Positions 28,212-38,558 of a DNA stretch of 64,000 bases are shown here, one piece after another. The position numbers and the translations under genes were made by a program. This DNA comes from an uncultured Alphaproteobacteria bacterium. GTDB taxonomy: Bacteria > Pseudomonadota > Alphaproteobacteria > Rs-D84. The stretch is taken from positions 5,141-69,140 of the forward strand of contig CALXXY010000001.1 in assembly GCA_944392815.1 (NCBI GenBank). The letters are read 5' to 3'. The notes beneath the pieces are model-generated. The model did not search any database and was not told where the DNA came from. It was given only the letters and a program-made list of their open reading frames with translations. Every line of letters begins with the position of its first letter. Position 1 is the stretch's first letter.

Positions 28212-29243
28212 TTATAACCATTTCCATGGTTGGATTATCTGCAGAAATCCGTATGCAGTACGTTTGTCTGCGAATGTGTGACCACAACGTGGGCATACGA
28301 TGAACGGTGCGATAACGGCCTTGGTCTTTTTAAACATGGCGTGCCATATCCACAACCCCAGTACCCATACGGCGATTACCAATCCCCATGCGACATAGTT
28401 GAAATACTGGTCAACTGTGTCGGTGATGACGGTGATAACCTGGACATCGGATTGTGACAAATCGTCATAAATTTTTGTTGCCACAGGCCACGACGACGGG
28501 CGCCACGGATACACGTGTTCAATGCCGTAATTCGTCAGCAATGTTGTGCCCAGGCCACCTGTGTTTTTATCCAATTGCGATTTGATTACGTCGTCAATCA
28601 TATCGTCAATTTGAACCTGCAGAACACTGGTTAACTGGGTTTCGATTTCGTCCAATTTTTCATTGACCATCGCGGCAGTGTCATCAACGCGGGCGATTGT
28701 TTCGTTGGCTTTGTCAATACCGGTGTTAACCTGGTCTACGCCTTTGTTTACTTCGTCCAGGGCCTTGTCTATGCCGCTGGTGTTAATGCCAAACATGTTG
28801 GCCAGGCCGGTTAATTTGCCAACCTTTTCCGTGGTGTCGGTCACTTTTTCAGTGGCGGCGCCTGCGTCGGCGGTGACCTGTTTGGCTTTGTCTGTGGTAT
28901 CGGTGACAACATCAACGGCGTCGCCCACCATGCGGACTTTGTCCACAGCAAACGCAACCGGTTTTTCCAGATTAATCGCGTCCTTGATACCGTCCAACAA
29001 TTTTTCGTATTGTTCAACTATGTTGCGTTGCAGGTCGAAAAACATAGACACAACTATCGATTTTTTAATCGGTTGGGAATACGTGTTTTTCACCCACAGC
29101 GGTGTCGCAATTACCAGCGCAATCCAGATAACCGATATCACCGCAAATGTAATTTTTACACGGGTGATAAACGATTTTTTCTTTTTAACGGTTTTTGCGC
29201 CGTTTTGTTCGATTACTTCGACTTCTTTTTTCTTTCTGGGCAT
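28212..29243 (-). CDS. hypothetical membrane protein with central coiled-coil/TD-rich region and C-terminal CPRCGH zinc-ribbon-like motif
   Basis: 343 aa, with an N-terminal TM, a second TM near the C-terminus and repetitive V/D/T/K-rich segments. It is 3 nt upstream of the preceding gene and co-directional with it. Confidence 0.45.
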   Translation of the reverse strand: MPRKKKEVEVIEQNGAKTVKKKKSFITRVKITFAVISVIWIALVIATPLWVKNTYSQPIKKSIVVSMFFDLQRNIVEQYEKLLDGIKDAINLEKPVAFAVDKVRMVGDAVDVVTDTTDKAKQVTADAGAATEKVTDTTEKVGKLTGLANMFGINTSGIDKALDEVNKGVDQVNTGIDKANETIARVDDTAAMVNEKLDEIETQLTSVLQVQIDDMIDDVIKSQLDKNTGGLGTTLLTNYGIEHVYPWRPSSWPVATKIYDDLSQSDVQVITVITDTVDQYFNYVAWGLVIAVWVLGLWIWHAMFKKTKAVIAPFIVCPRCGHTFADKRTAYGFLQIIQPWKWL

Positions 29244-29306
29244 GATAAAACTCCTTTCCTGAACATATACAGTTTAATAAAGTTTTGTTTTTTATTTCAA
29301 CTGTTT

Positions 29307-29660
29307 TTATCGTGTTTGCTGTTTGAATGCAACTATCATTTCGGCTGACATCGAACGCGCAAATTCAGTGCTGGGCCAGGTGCTTTGCAATTTCATGATT
29401 TGATTTATTGTGTTGTAATACAATTCTGCGTGACGTTTATTATCAAAAGTCGATACCTGGGTCGTCGGTAAAAGTTTGCACTGTCCCGGTCTGTCCTGGT
29501 CCGGCAAGCACGCCAATGTGTAAACGTATGTTAATTTTTTTATCGTCTTTTTCGCCGTGGCCAGATAGATTTTATCCGACGCACTTAATACTAATTTTGG
29601 TTGTACTTGGTTTTCTTTCAGCCAACGGGCGGCCAGTTTTAATTTTAAATTTTCAAACAT
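29307..29660 (-). CDS. hypothetical protein (117 aa)
   Basis: ORF in a co-directional gene string. No recognisable domain. Confidence 0.35.
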   Translation of the reverse strand: MFENLKLKLAARWLKENQVQPKLVLSASDKIYLATAKKTIKKLTYVYTLACLPDQDRPGQCKLLPTTQVSTFDNKRHAELYYNTINQIMKLQSTWPSTEFARSMSAEMIVAFKQQTR

Positions 29661-29686
29661 ATATCTTTTTCCTTTTTCGTTTTTAA

Positions 29687-30814
<1,128 letters not shown>

Positions 30815-30960
30815 TTATTTAAAGTTTTCGCGCCATACCGTCCCTAAATCAGCGTCAAAATCCGCGCCCTGGGTTACAATTGATATAGGGCCATCAAAAT
30901 AACCGTCAGTCCATTTGGCAATTTATGTAATTGCGGTTCAAATTTCATTTACGTTTCCCT

Positions 30961-31365
30961 TTATCTGGTGCGCCCGGCGGCAGCCATGGCCAACTGCTGT
31001 TGTTGCACTTGTTGCAATTCAGATTGCATTTGCGCGTACATGCGTTGCATTTCTATAATCTGGCGCCCCAATGTGAATGTGTCTGTTTGCAGGGCCGATT
31101 GATTATCGCGATTTTGCTGGACCTGTTTTTCCAGTTGTTTGACACGTTTTTGCGTTTGTTTATATTTGCGTTCCAGTGCGCGATATTCTTTGTTTTTATC
31201 CAATGTTTTGCCATTTTTACCGATAAATTTATCAATCAGTCCCTGAATCGCGCGGGATTTAATTAACATACTGCCCCATTTGAACGCACTTTTACGTCCC
31301 GCTTTGCTTTTCATAAAACGTGCCCATAATTTCGGGTTTGCCAAAAAACGCAGCCATGCAGCCAT
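30961..31365 (-). CDS. hypothetical coiled-coil protein (134 aa)
   Basis: Basic N-terminus and a Q-rich coiled coil. Lies between tgt and queA. Confidence 0.4.
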   Translation of the reverse strand: MAAWLRFLANPKLWARFMKSKAGRKSAFKWGSMLIKSRAIQGLIDKFIGKNGKTLDKNKEYRALERKYKQTQKRVKQLEKQVQQNRDNQSALQTDTFTLGRQIIEMQRMYAQMQSELQQVQQQQLAMAAAGRTR

Positions 31366-31368
31366 TTT

Positions 31369-32439
31369 TTACTCCTTTGCCTGTGTGTTGTTTTGTTGTT
31401 GTTTTTTAAACAGTAAACAGCAATCGCCATATGAAAAAAATCTGTATTTTTCTGCGACTGCGTGCGCATATGCGCATTTCATTTCGTCCAGTCCGCTGAA
31501 CGCGGAAACCAACATGAACAGTGTTGATTTGGGCAAATGAAAATTCGTCAGCAACACATCGACCGCACGAAATTCGTATCCGGGCGTGATGAAAATATCG
31601 GTACTGCGGCAAATTGGTGCAACCCGCGCAAAACGTTCGTTTTCGGGACGTGCCCAGTTGTCCATTGCCGCACTTTCCAACGTCCGCATAGACGTTGTAC
31701 CAACCGCAATTACGCGTTTTGCGTTGTTAATTATATCGGCCTGTGGCGGGGTGATACAGCACCATTCACTGTGCATTTTGTGTTCGTTCAGGTTTTCTGT
31801 TTTCACCGGCAACCATGTGCCCGCACCAACGTGCAGTGTTATTTTGACTATTTTCGCGCCACGGCGTTCGATTTCGTCCATTAATTCGGGCGTAAAATGC
31901 AGGCCGGCCGTGGGTGCCGCCATTGACCCCAATGGTTCGGCGTACACAGTTTGATAACGCGTGCGATCGGATTCTTCGGCATCGCGTTTCATATATGGTG
32001 GCAAAGGCATTTTGCCAACTGCGTCCAAAACCGCGAACACGTTGTCGCACATGAATTCCAATTTTAACCCACTGTCGTCTTTTTTATCCAGCACGCGTGC
32101 GGTGGTGCCATCGTCCAGGGTTAATATTTCATCGATTGGAATTTTATTGAATTTTTTGCACAGCCCCCACCACGTTTTATCATTTTCGGCGGTATGCAAT
32201 GTAATTTCGTATGCCGTGCCATGTGAATCTGTGGCATTAAAACGCGCGGGGATTACGCGCGAATTATTAAACACAACAACGTCGCCGGGCTGTAAGTAAT
32301 CCACAAAATCGCGAATATGCCTGTCCACCAGATCATTCCCATGCACCACCAACATGCGCGAGGCGTCGCGTTGTTGCAACGGGTGCGATGCGATTAATTC
32401 AGGCGGCAATTCAAAATCAAAATCAGACGTATGCAACAT
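31369..32439 (-). CDS. queA: S-adenosylmethionine:tRNA ribosyltransferase-isomerase
   Basis: 356 aa. MLHTSDFDFELPPELIA is the QueA N-terminus. Confidence 0.9.
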   Translation of the reverse strand: MLHTSDFDFELPPELIASHPLQQRDASRMLVVHGNDLVDRHIRDFVDYLQPGDVVVFNNSRVIPARFNATDSHGTAYEITLHTAENDKTWWGLCKKFNKIPIDEILTLDDGTTARVLDKKDDSGLKLEFMCDNVFAVLDAVGKMPLPPYMKRDAEESDRTRYQTVYAEPLGSMAAPTAGLHFTPELMDEIERRGAKIVKITLHVGAGTWLPVKTENLNEHKMHSEWCCITPPQADIINNAKRVIAVGTTSMRTLESAAMDNWARPENERFARVAPICRSTDIFITPGYEFRAVDVLLTNFHLPKSTLFMLVSAFSGLDEMKCAYAHAVAEKYRFFSYGDCCLLFKKQQQNNTQAKE

Positions 32440-33332
32440 TATTTTTTGAATTCCAATCCCTGGTCAATATAGTTTTCGGCGGTATCTTCCCAATTTGGTT
32501 CAACACGCACAAACAAATGCAAACGCGCGTTTACACCCCATTGATCCTGGATATCATGGCGGGCAGCGGTGCCAATTTTTTGCAATTGCGCCCCGCCCCG
32601 GCCGATAACTATTTTTTTATGTGCGTCGCTGCGCACGACTATTTTTTGGTATATATCCAAAACGCCGTCGTCGGCCACGTCCACGCGTTCAGTCACAACA
32701 TTGATGTGATATGGCAATTCCTGGTGAATATATCTGTAGATTTTTTCGCGCGTCAATTCCGCCAAATACAAATTATCAGGCACATCGGTTGCGTCATGCG
32801 GTTCAAACAAATACGGGCCGGCCGGCATAACGTCCGCCAATGCGCGCAACATTTCATTTACGCCGTCGTTTTTCAATGCGGAAATCATGAATATATCACG
32901 CGGGTGCGCCAATTCATTAATTTCGGCCGTCAGCGGCAACAAATCTGGTTTTGGGACTGCGTCAACCTTGTTCAAAGCGACAAACAAATTTTTATGGTCG
33001 CGGATTTTTTCAACCAATCCGCGCACTGTATCGGTTATGCCCTTTTGTGCATCGATTAACAGCAAAATCGCATCTGCGTCACCGGTTGCGTCCATGGCCG
33101 CGCCAACCATGGCCCTGTCCAGGCGACGCGACGGGCGAAATATCCCGGGTGTATCAACAAATATTAACTGACGCGACCCGACCATTTTCACCGCCCGCAG
33201 GTTCGTACGTGTTGTTTGCACTTTGTGTGAAACAATCGACACCTTGCGCCCCATGATTTGATTTATCAGGGTGCTTTTCCCCGCGTTGGTTGGGCCAACT
33301 ATTGCAATAAATCCTGAATAAGTTTTGTTCAT
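32439..33332 (-). CDS. era: GTPase Era
   Basis: G1 motif GPTNAGKST, G3 DTPG and a KH domain at the C-terminus. Start set at ATG 33330-33332 (MNKTYSGFIAIVG). Confidence 0.9.
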   Translation of the reverse strand: MNKTYSGFIAIVGPTNAGKSTLINQIMGRKVSIVSHKVQTTRTNLRAVKMVGSRQLIFVDTPGIFRPSRRLDRAMVGAAMDATGDADAILLLIDAQKGITDTVRGLVEKIRDHKNLFVALNKVDAVPKPDLLPLTAEINELAHPRDIFMISALKNDGVNEMLRALADVMPAGPYLFEPHDATDVPDNLYLAELTREKIYRYIHQELPYHINVVTERVDVADDGVLDIYQKIVVRSDAHKKIVIGRGGAQLQKIGTAARHDIQDQWGVNARLHLFVRVEPNWEDTAENYIDQGLEFKK

Positions 33333-33374
33333 ACCCCCAGCATAGCACAGCAAATGAAAAAGTGAACAAAAATC

Positions 33375-33402
33375 TTGCAAACGTGCCACGGGCGTGTAGA
33401 AT
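33375..33402 (+). promoter_or_regulatory. sigma70-like promoter (TTGCAA-N16-TAGAAT) for the dcd-like gene
   Basis: ttgcaa at 33375-33380, tagaat at 33397-33402. An AAAAGG RBS lies 8 nt before the ATG at 33436. Confidence 0.4.
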
Positions 33403-33435
33403 TTGACCAGAGAGATAACCCAAAAGGTATTTTAC

Positions 33436-34155
33436 ATGCAGTTAACCGGACCGGAAATTTTGCGCCGTATGCAAACATATAACAAAAATAATCCTGGATA
33501 CAAGCCGGACATTGTTATCACCCCATTTGATGAAAAATGCCTGGGCAGCAACAGTTATGATTTGCACCTGGGGGATTTGTTAAAAGTGTATAAACACACG
33601 ATTCCTGTTGGAATGCGGCCCATTATTGAATATCATGGCGGCAGAAAATATTCCATGCGTGATTGGTTCAAATCATACAATGATTATTTGAACTATCACA
33701 AAAATCCCGAGTTATTTGATATTCGCAATCCGCAATACTTGCTGGATCCGTGCGATGCACAATCACACGAAACGGTCGATATAAAAATCCCGACGAATGG
33801 GGTTATTTTGTCCCCTTTGATTGGATATTTGGGACACACAGTGGAATATACTGAAACGTACAATCTGTTCCCGTATATAGACGGCAAATCGTCTGTGGGC
33901 CGCAATTTCATATTAAATCACCACACGGCTGGGCGTGGCGACGATGGTTTTTGTGGCCAATGGACGTTGGAAATTCGCGTGTTGCACCCGACTGTCGTAT
34001 ATCCCAATATGCGCATAGGGCAAATTTACTATGAACAATTCGTTGGCGAACGCAAACCATACAATGAAAACGCCAGCAGTCATTACAACGGGCAAATGGG
34101 TCCCACGCCCGCGGCAGTAATTCCGATTGAATCAATCACACAAAAACAACGATAA
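33436..34155 (+). CDS. dcd: dCTP deaminase (Dcd/dUTPase-fold) family protein
   Basis: Segments GKSSVGRNFILNHHTAGRGDDGFCGQWTLEI and PNMRIGQIYYE parallel the Dcd motifs GRSSLARLGL...HRIDPGWSGCIVLE and PGMLIGAL. The tool ORF starts at the TTG at 33403, but the ATG at 33436 has an RBS. Confidence 0.6.
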   Translation: MQLTGPEILRRMQTYNKNNPGYKPDIVITPFDEKCLGSNSYDLHLGDLLKVYKHTIPVGMRPIIEYHGGRKYSMRDWFKSYNDYLNYHKNPELFDIRNPQYLLDPCDAQSHETVDIKIPTNGVILSPLIGYLGHTVEYTETYNLFPYIDGKSSVGRNFILNHHTAGRGDDGFCGQWTLEIRVLHPTVVYPNMRIGQIYYEQFVGERKPYNENASSHYNGQMGPTPAAVIPIESITQKQR

Positions 34156-34187
34156 AAAAGGAACCTTTGGATTCGGAATAAATTATA

Positions 34188-34216
34188 TTGACGATACAGG
34201 AAAATATTGCTATTAT
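34188..34216 (+). promoter_or_regulatory. sigma70-like promoter (TTGACG-N17-TATTAT) for licD, bracketed by a 13-bp inverted repeat
   Basis: ttgacg at 34188-34193, tattat at 34211-34216. cctttggattcgg (34164-34176) and ccgaatccaaagg (34233-34245) are exact inverted repeats either side. Confidence 0.5.
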
Positions 34217-34257
34217 TCAGCGCAGAAGTACGCCGAATCCAAAGGTCAGTTTAGATT

Positions 34258-35247
34258 ATGCACAACTTTTTCATAAAGTTTATAGCTTTGTTCATTCTGT
34301 CCCCAAAAACTCGCAGGGAATTCAAGGAACGGCACATAAAACCCACTGCCACAAAACGGATGCTTGCAGCAATAAATGCAAAGTTAGATTGGGTAAACAA
34401 TTTCCTGAAAATAACAAATGATATCACAAAAATACCGCCTGCACGCGGGGATTTGCGCACTTTGCAATTGGGCAGTGCGAAATTATTAAGCATTATTCAC
34501 GATATCTGTACGCAACACGGTTTGCAATATTGGTTAATGTACGGAACATTGTTGGGTGCTGTACGACATGGCGGATTTATCCCCTGGGACGACGACATAG
34601 ATATTGGCATGATGCGCCCCGATTACGATAAATTAATCCAAATTTTGGGGAATGGGTTGTACACAAAAACAACTGGGAATATTACATTTAATGTCGCTGA
34701 TATTACCAAGGTGTTTTACAAAAACAGCCCTGCCCGTGTGGATATTTTTCCATTTGAACAATATTATACAGATACCAAAACAGACGCAAAAAAACAGGAA
34801 TTACGCGATAAAATAACCATTGCCCACGATGCAATAAAATGGGATTGGGAACATCTGGTCGGATTTTGGCCCGATATAATTCCGACGTCCCCACAAACAT
34901 ATGAACAGCGTGTAAAGATTCAAAATGACGTAATCATGCAGGGACGTCGCGGCATAAAGGGCGGCACCCTGTTCCGTGGCGCTGACGTTTATGGATTGTC
35001 GGGCAGTATGCGCCTGTATTCGCCCGACGACATATTCCCGTTGCGCACCATTAAGTTCGAAGGATATGAATTATACATTCCGCAAAAATCTGAACAAATG
35101 CTGGCACAGACATATGGCGATATATACATGTGGCCAAACGATATATTTCCACACCACGCGTTGCTGGCAAAGACCAATTTCGCCCAGATGGCGTTATTGA
35201 ATGAATTATTAAATCAAACGAACAAACAGATATTAAAAAAGGCGTAA
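34258..35247 (+). CDS. licD: LicD-family phosphotransferase (phosphocholine/phospho-alcohol transferase to glycans)
   Basis: LMYGTLLGAVRHGGFIPWDDDIDIGM is the LicD signature. Length is 329 aa. Confidence 0.8.
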   Translation: MHNFFIKFIALFILSPKTRREFKERHIKPTATKRMLAAINAKLDWVNNFLKITNDITKIPPARGDLRTLQLGSAKLLSIIHDICTQHGLQYWLMYGTLLGAVRHGGFIPWDDDIDIGMMRPDYDKLIQILGNGLYTKTTGNITFNVADITKVFYKNSPARVDIFPFEQYYTDTKTDAKKQELRDKITIAHDAIKWDWEHLVGFWPDIIPTSPQTYEQRVKIQNDVIMQGRRGIKGGTLFRGADVYGLSGSMRLYSPDDIFPLRTIKFEGYELYIPQKSEQMLAQTYGDIYMWPNDIFPHHALLAKTNFAQMALLNELLNQTNKQILKKA

Positions 35248-35252
35248 TAATT

Positions 35253-35681
35253 ATGACACAACGTGCCATAACGTACGGGGTTTTCGATTTTTTACATCTG
35301 GGGCACGTCAGATTATTTGCCAATATAAAGCACTGTATACTGAATGACACTGGTTCGCTGATTGTGGCGTTGCATGCGGACGCGTGTATCAAGAGCACCA
35401 AACCCGACGCCCATGTTCTGTACCCCCAGGCACAGCGTGCAGAAATGCTGGGGGCCATTAAATACATTGATGATGTAGTAATATATGATTTCATAGATAC
35501 TGATTTGCCAAACCGCGATTTTGATATCCTGGTTGTTGGCCCAGATCAAGTAAATGAGCATTTTCAACGTGCTATTAATTGGTGTCATGCACATAAAAAA
35601 ACTGTTGTTGTTATGCCACGAACAAAAAACATATCGTCAACCGAAATTAAAAACAAAATCGCCAAAGAGTTAAAACTATGA
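35253..35681 (+). CDS. cytidylyltransferase (TagD/LicC-like, HxGH nucleotidyltransferase)
   Basis: ITYGVFDFLHLGHVRLF matches the glycerol-3-phosphate/choline-phosphate cytidylyltransferase HxGH motif. Length is 142 aa. Confidence 0.75.
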   Translation: MTQRAITYGVFDFLHLGHVRLFANIKHCILNDTGSLIVALHADACIKSTKPDAHVLYPQAQRAEMLGAIKYIDDVVIYDFIDTDLPNRDFDILVVGPDQVNEHFQRAINWCHAHKKTVVVMPRTKNISSTEIKNKIAKELKL

Positions 35682-36211
35682 ATTATGTCATTCATAAATC
35701 CGATGGGGATATTACATTGGATATCCGTCGTCCAAATGAAAATGATTTCGATGCGTATTGCAAATTTATCCAGCAAATTGCCACAGAAACTTGCTTTACA
35801 TTCCATTACGTTGGCGAACCAGAAATTAACCGCGCCCGGCAATTAGAATTGTGGGCCGCGCCACACAGGTACACTGTTGCCGCATTTGATGGCGACGTGA
35901 TGGTTGGGTATACATGTTTATATGCCACAAATCCTGGGCACCCGTATCTGGGGCATAACGGTGGTTTGCATACGTATATTTTGCAAAAATATACTGGGGT
36001 TGGACTGGGCACCAGATTACACGAATTACACGCTGCACACGTCAAAGATTTGGGGATAAAACGTATATCTGTAAATGTGCATGCCGACAATGTTGCAAAT
36101 TTAGCATTATTGCATAAACAGGGATTTATAACAGAATCCGTGGCCCGGGGTCGGTATTTTGTGAATGGCGAATATGTTGATTGTTGCAATTTGGTAAAAT
36201 GGTATGAATAA
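35678..36211 (+). CDS. GNAT-family N-acetyltransferase
   Basis: 177 aa. The C-terminal LGTRLHELHAAHVKDLGIKRISVNVHADNVANLALLHKQGF is the GNAT A/B motif region. Confidence 0.6.
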   Translation: MNYVIHKSDGDITLDIRRPNENDFDAYCKFIQQIATETCFTFHYVGEPEINRARQLELWAAPHRYTVAAFDGDVMVGYTCLYATNPGHPYLGHNGGLHTYILQKYTGVGLGTRLHELHAAHVKDLGIKRISVNVHADNVANLALLHKQGFITESVARGRYFVNGEYVDCCNLVKWYE

Positions 36212-36244
36212 AAAACTGGGGTGCACCCCAGTTTTTATTTTTTA
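36211..36244. terminator. bidirectional rho-independent terminator (aaaaaactggggtgcaccccagttttt)
   Basis: Perfect GC-rich hairpin. Stop codons of both convergent genes lie at its edges. Confidence 0.7.
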
Positions 36245-38277
36245 CCCGACAATTCAGGATTTAATTTTGGATCATTATACATTTTATGCTGATAATACGC
36301 ACGTGGTTGGCGCGCACCATTCATAAAATCTACGAGCAGGTATTTTGTGGCCTCTAGCAATTCCACACGCTGCCGTTCCAGAACCTTTAATTTTTCGGTA
36401 CATTTTTTGCGATTTTCACGTTTGTGCGATTGTTCTTCCATATGATAAATCTTTAACGCCAAAATCGACAATCTGTCCAAAACCATGCCCAATGATTCCG
36501 TGTTCAATGGTGCTTTGAACGCGCCAGGCAACGCGGGCCCCAAAATTTGGATCATCGTTTCGTCCATTTTTTCTGCGAAATCGTTGCGCAATTGATTGTA
36601 ATTATCAATTTTATGTTTCGCGTCCGCAATGACTGAATCCGGCACATCGCGACGACGGGCTGTGTCTTCGGTATGCCACAGGAAATAATTCATCATATGA
36701 TTGGCGCGGGCATAACCCTCTAGCGTTGGGTATTCTGGTTTGGGCTGGGTTTCTTCGCGCCAATATTTGATGTCATCAATTGGTTCCTGTTTATGCCATT
36801 CAGCCGTCCAGGTACGCTGCATATCTGCAATTTTTGCAATGTATGCAAAATACGATGGGCGTGGTTGTAAACGAATTATTAACGGGTTGTCAGAAACTGT
36901 TTTCGCGGCATATTGCATTGTATCAATCACTTTGCCGACCGTCACTGGTGCGGACACGGTTTGTGCAATTGCATATTTGCTGTAATCCGGACGCACGGCA
37001 GAATAATCAAATGATTGTGAATACAGGCCGTCTGTTCTGCATTCGTCGGCGGCGGTTGGCCACGCGAAATCTGTAATAAAATCGTCCAGATTGAACCACC
37101 AATTCATTGTGGTGTTGCAATCGACTATGTGTCCAACGCATTTAAATAAATCGGGCGTTGCCGCCAATTCGCGCGGACGTTTCATTTCTTCGCGAATAAT
37201 TTGTGCGATACGTTTCACATTAAAATCAACTATGCAGCGATAGCGATTTGGGCAGCGTCGTTCGTCGTCTTTGTCCGGCCACCAGCAACGCTGGACACAT
37301 AACATACAACGGTTTTCAGAAAAAACTTTGCGTTGTGATGGATAATAAAAATCATCGTGTTCACAGCCATGCAAAATAACCGCCGGACAATCAACCGCCC
37401 GCGCCAAGTGCATCATGCCACCAATGGCCCCGACAAACATACGCGCATGCGTTAAAACGCCCGCGAATTCGCGCAAATTTAATTTGAACAACTGTTCCGC
37501 ACCACTTAACACAGGATCGTCAAAATCGCCAATCTGCAAAAATTCGTATTCGCCACGCAGTTCGTCAATTATGCCCTGGGCTATTTTTGGCAACAGATAT
37601 TTATATGGGCCATTGCCACCACATTTTATGACTATTTTTCCATCGGCAAATTTACCAAAATCTTTTTCATATTGCGTTAATCTGATTTCAGGTTTTACAT
37701 TTATTTCACCGGTTAAATCCATGCGATTTGCAACCCACTGCATCATTTGTCCACGCATAGGAAATCCGCCAAATAATTTCGTGAATGTGTTTCCCCACAC
37801 ATAGCAATTTTTTAAATATTCCAACGGTTTTAAATTAAATGTATATCCATCGCGCAGTTTTAATGGTTTGCCAATTAATTGCATGTTATAAAATATATAA
37901 AATACGTCCATGGTATGCTTGGCGCCCTTGACATTTTCGGGCACCAGGCGCCAATCGCATAAATACCAGCAAAAATCACAATTGCGAAACACGTGCCATT
38001 GGGGCACATATACCAACGGCCGCACACCTGTTTTTTTATAATACTCGCGCGCGACGCCGGCGAACACCAATCCGTCACCGACACCCTTGTTCAAATGATA
38101 GATGTCATGAATACCGTACTTTTTCGCCATGCGCAATGTCATAACCGGCACGCCCAATTTACGCATGCGATAAAATTGCCGCCAGAACAACAAATACCGC
38201 ACAGGCCGCCAACGAAACAGTAAATTACGCACTTTATAGTATGGAACCAGTAATTTTTTTATGAATTGTAATACCAT
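36235..38277 (-). CDS. large protein with central glycosyltransferase family 9 (heptosyltransferase-like) domain
   Basis: 680 aa. KIVIKCGGNGPYK...NLREFAGVLTHARMFVGAIGGMMHLARAVDCPAVILHG parallels the GT9 C-terminal motif (tL.eLaall..a.l.vgnDSGpmHlAaAlg.P.v.LfG). The flanking roughly 200-aa N-terminal and roughly 260-aa C-terminal regions are unassigned. Confidence 0.55.
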   Translation of the reverse strand: MVLQFIKKLLVPYYKVRNLLFRWRPVRYLLFWRQFYRMRKLGVPVMTLRMAKKYGIHDIYHLNKGVGDGLVFAGVAREYYKKTGVRPLVYVPQWHVFRNCDFCWYLCDWRLVPENVKGAKHTMDVFYIFYNMQLIGKPLKLRDGYTFNLKPLEYLKNCYVWGNTFTKLFGGFPMRGQMMQWVANRMDLTGEINVKPEIRLTQYEKDFGKFADGKIVIKCGGNGPYKYLLPKIAQGIIDELRGEYEFLQIGDFDDPVLSGAEQLFKLNLREFAGVLTHARMFVGAIGGMMHLARAVDCPAVILHGCEHDDFYYPSQRKVFSENRCMLCVQRCWWPDKDDERRCPNRYRCIVDFNVKRIAQIIREEMKRPRELAATPDLFKCVGHIVDCNTTMNWWFNLDDFITDFAWPTAADECRTDGLYSQSFDYSAVRPDYSKYAIAQTVSAPVTVGKVIDTMQYAAKTVSDNPLIIRLQPRPSYFAYIAKIADMQRTWTAEWHKQEPIDDIKYWREETQPKPEYPTLEGYARANHMMNYFLWHTEDTARRRDVPDSVIADAKHKIDNYNQLRNDFAEKMDETMIQILGPALPGAFKAPLNTESLGMVLDRLSILALKIYHMEEQSHKRENRKKCTEKLKVLERQRVELLEATKYLLVDFMNGARQPRAYYQHKMYNDPKLNPELSGKK

Positions 38278-38381
38278 GAGTCACCATTTGGTTAAATTAG
38301 CAGGTACGTAAGATTATAATCGTGCAAAAACACAATGTCAACAGCAGTGATTTCATCTTTTCCGCCCCATCGGATCGGAAA

Positions 38382-38545
38382 ACAGAGTGGAGAGTTATAT
38401 CATTCCCGCGCGTGCGCGCGGGAATAATAGAGTGTAGAGTGGAGAGTTTAGAGTGTAGATAATGTCTGTGGGCAAATGCCCGCAGTGCTTTTTATTTACT
38501 GGATCGCCACGCTTTGCTCGCGATAACAAGGGGGAGTAAGTGGTT
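38382..38545. repeat. mosaic palindromic intergenic repeat element, copy 4
   Basis: cattcccgcgcgtgcgcgcgggaataatagagtgtagagtggagagtttagagtgtagataatgtctgtgggcaaatgcccgcagtgctttttatttactggatcgccacgctttgctcgcgataacaaggggg is nearly identical to copies 3 and 5. Confidence 0.85.
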
Positions 38546-38558
38546 AATTGTTGTTTTG

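Noticed and set aside
33403-33435. TTG start of the dcd-like gene at 33403
   Set aside because: The TTG sits inside the predicted -10 hexamer. The downstream ATG at 33436 has an AAAAGG RBS at proper spacing and matches the Dcd N-terminus (MQLTGPEI).
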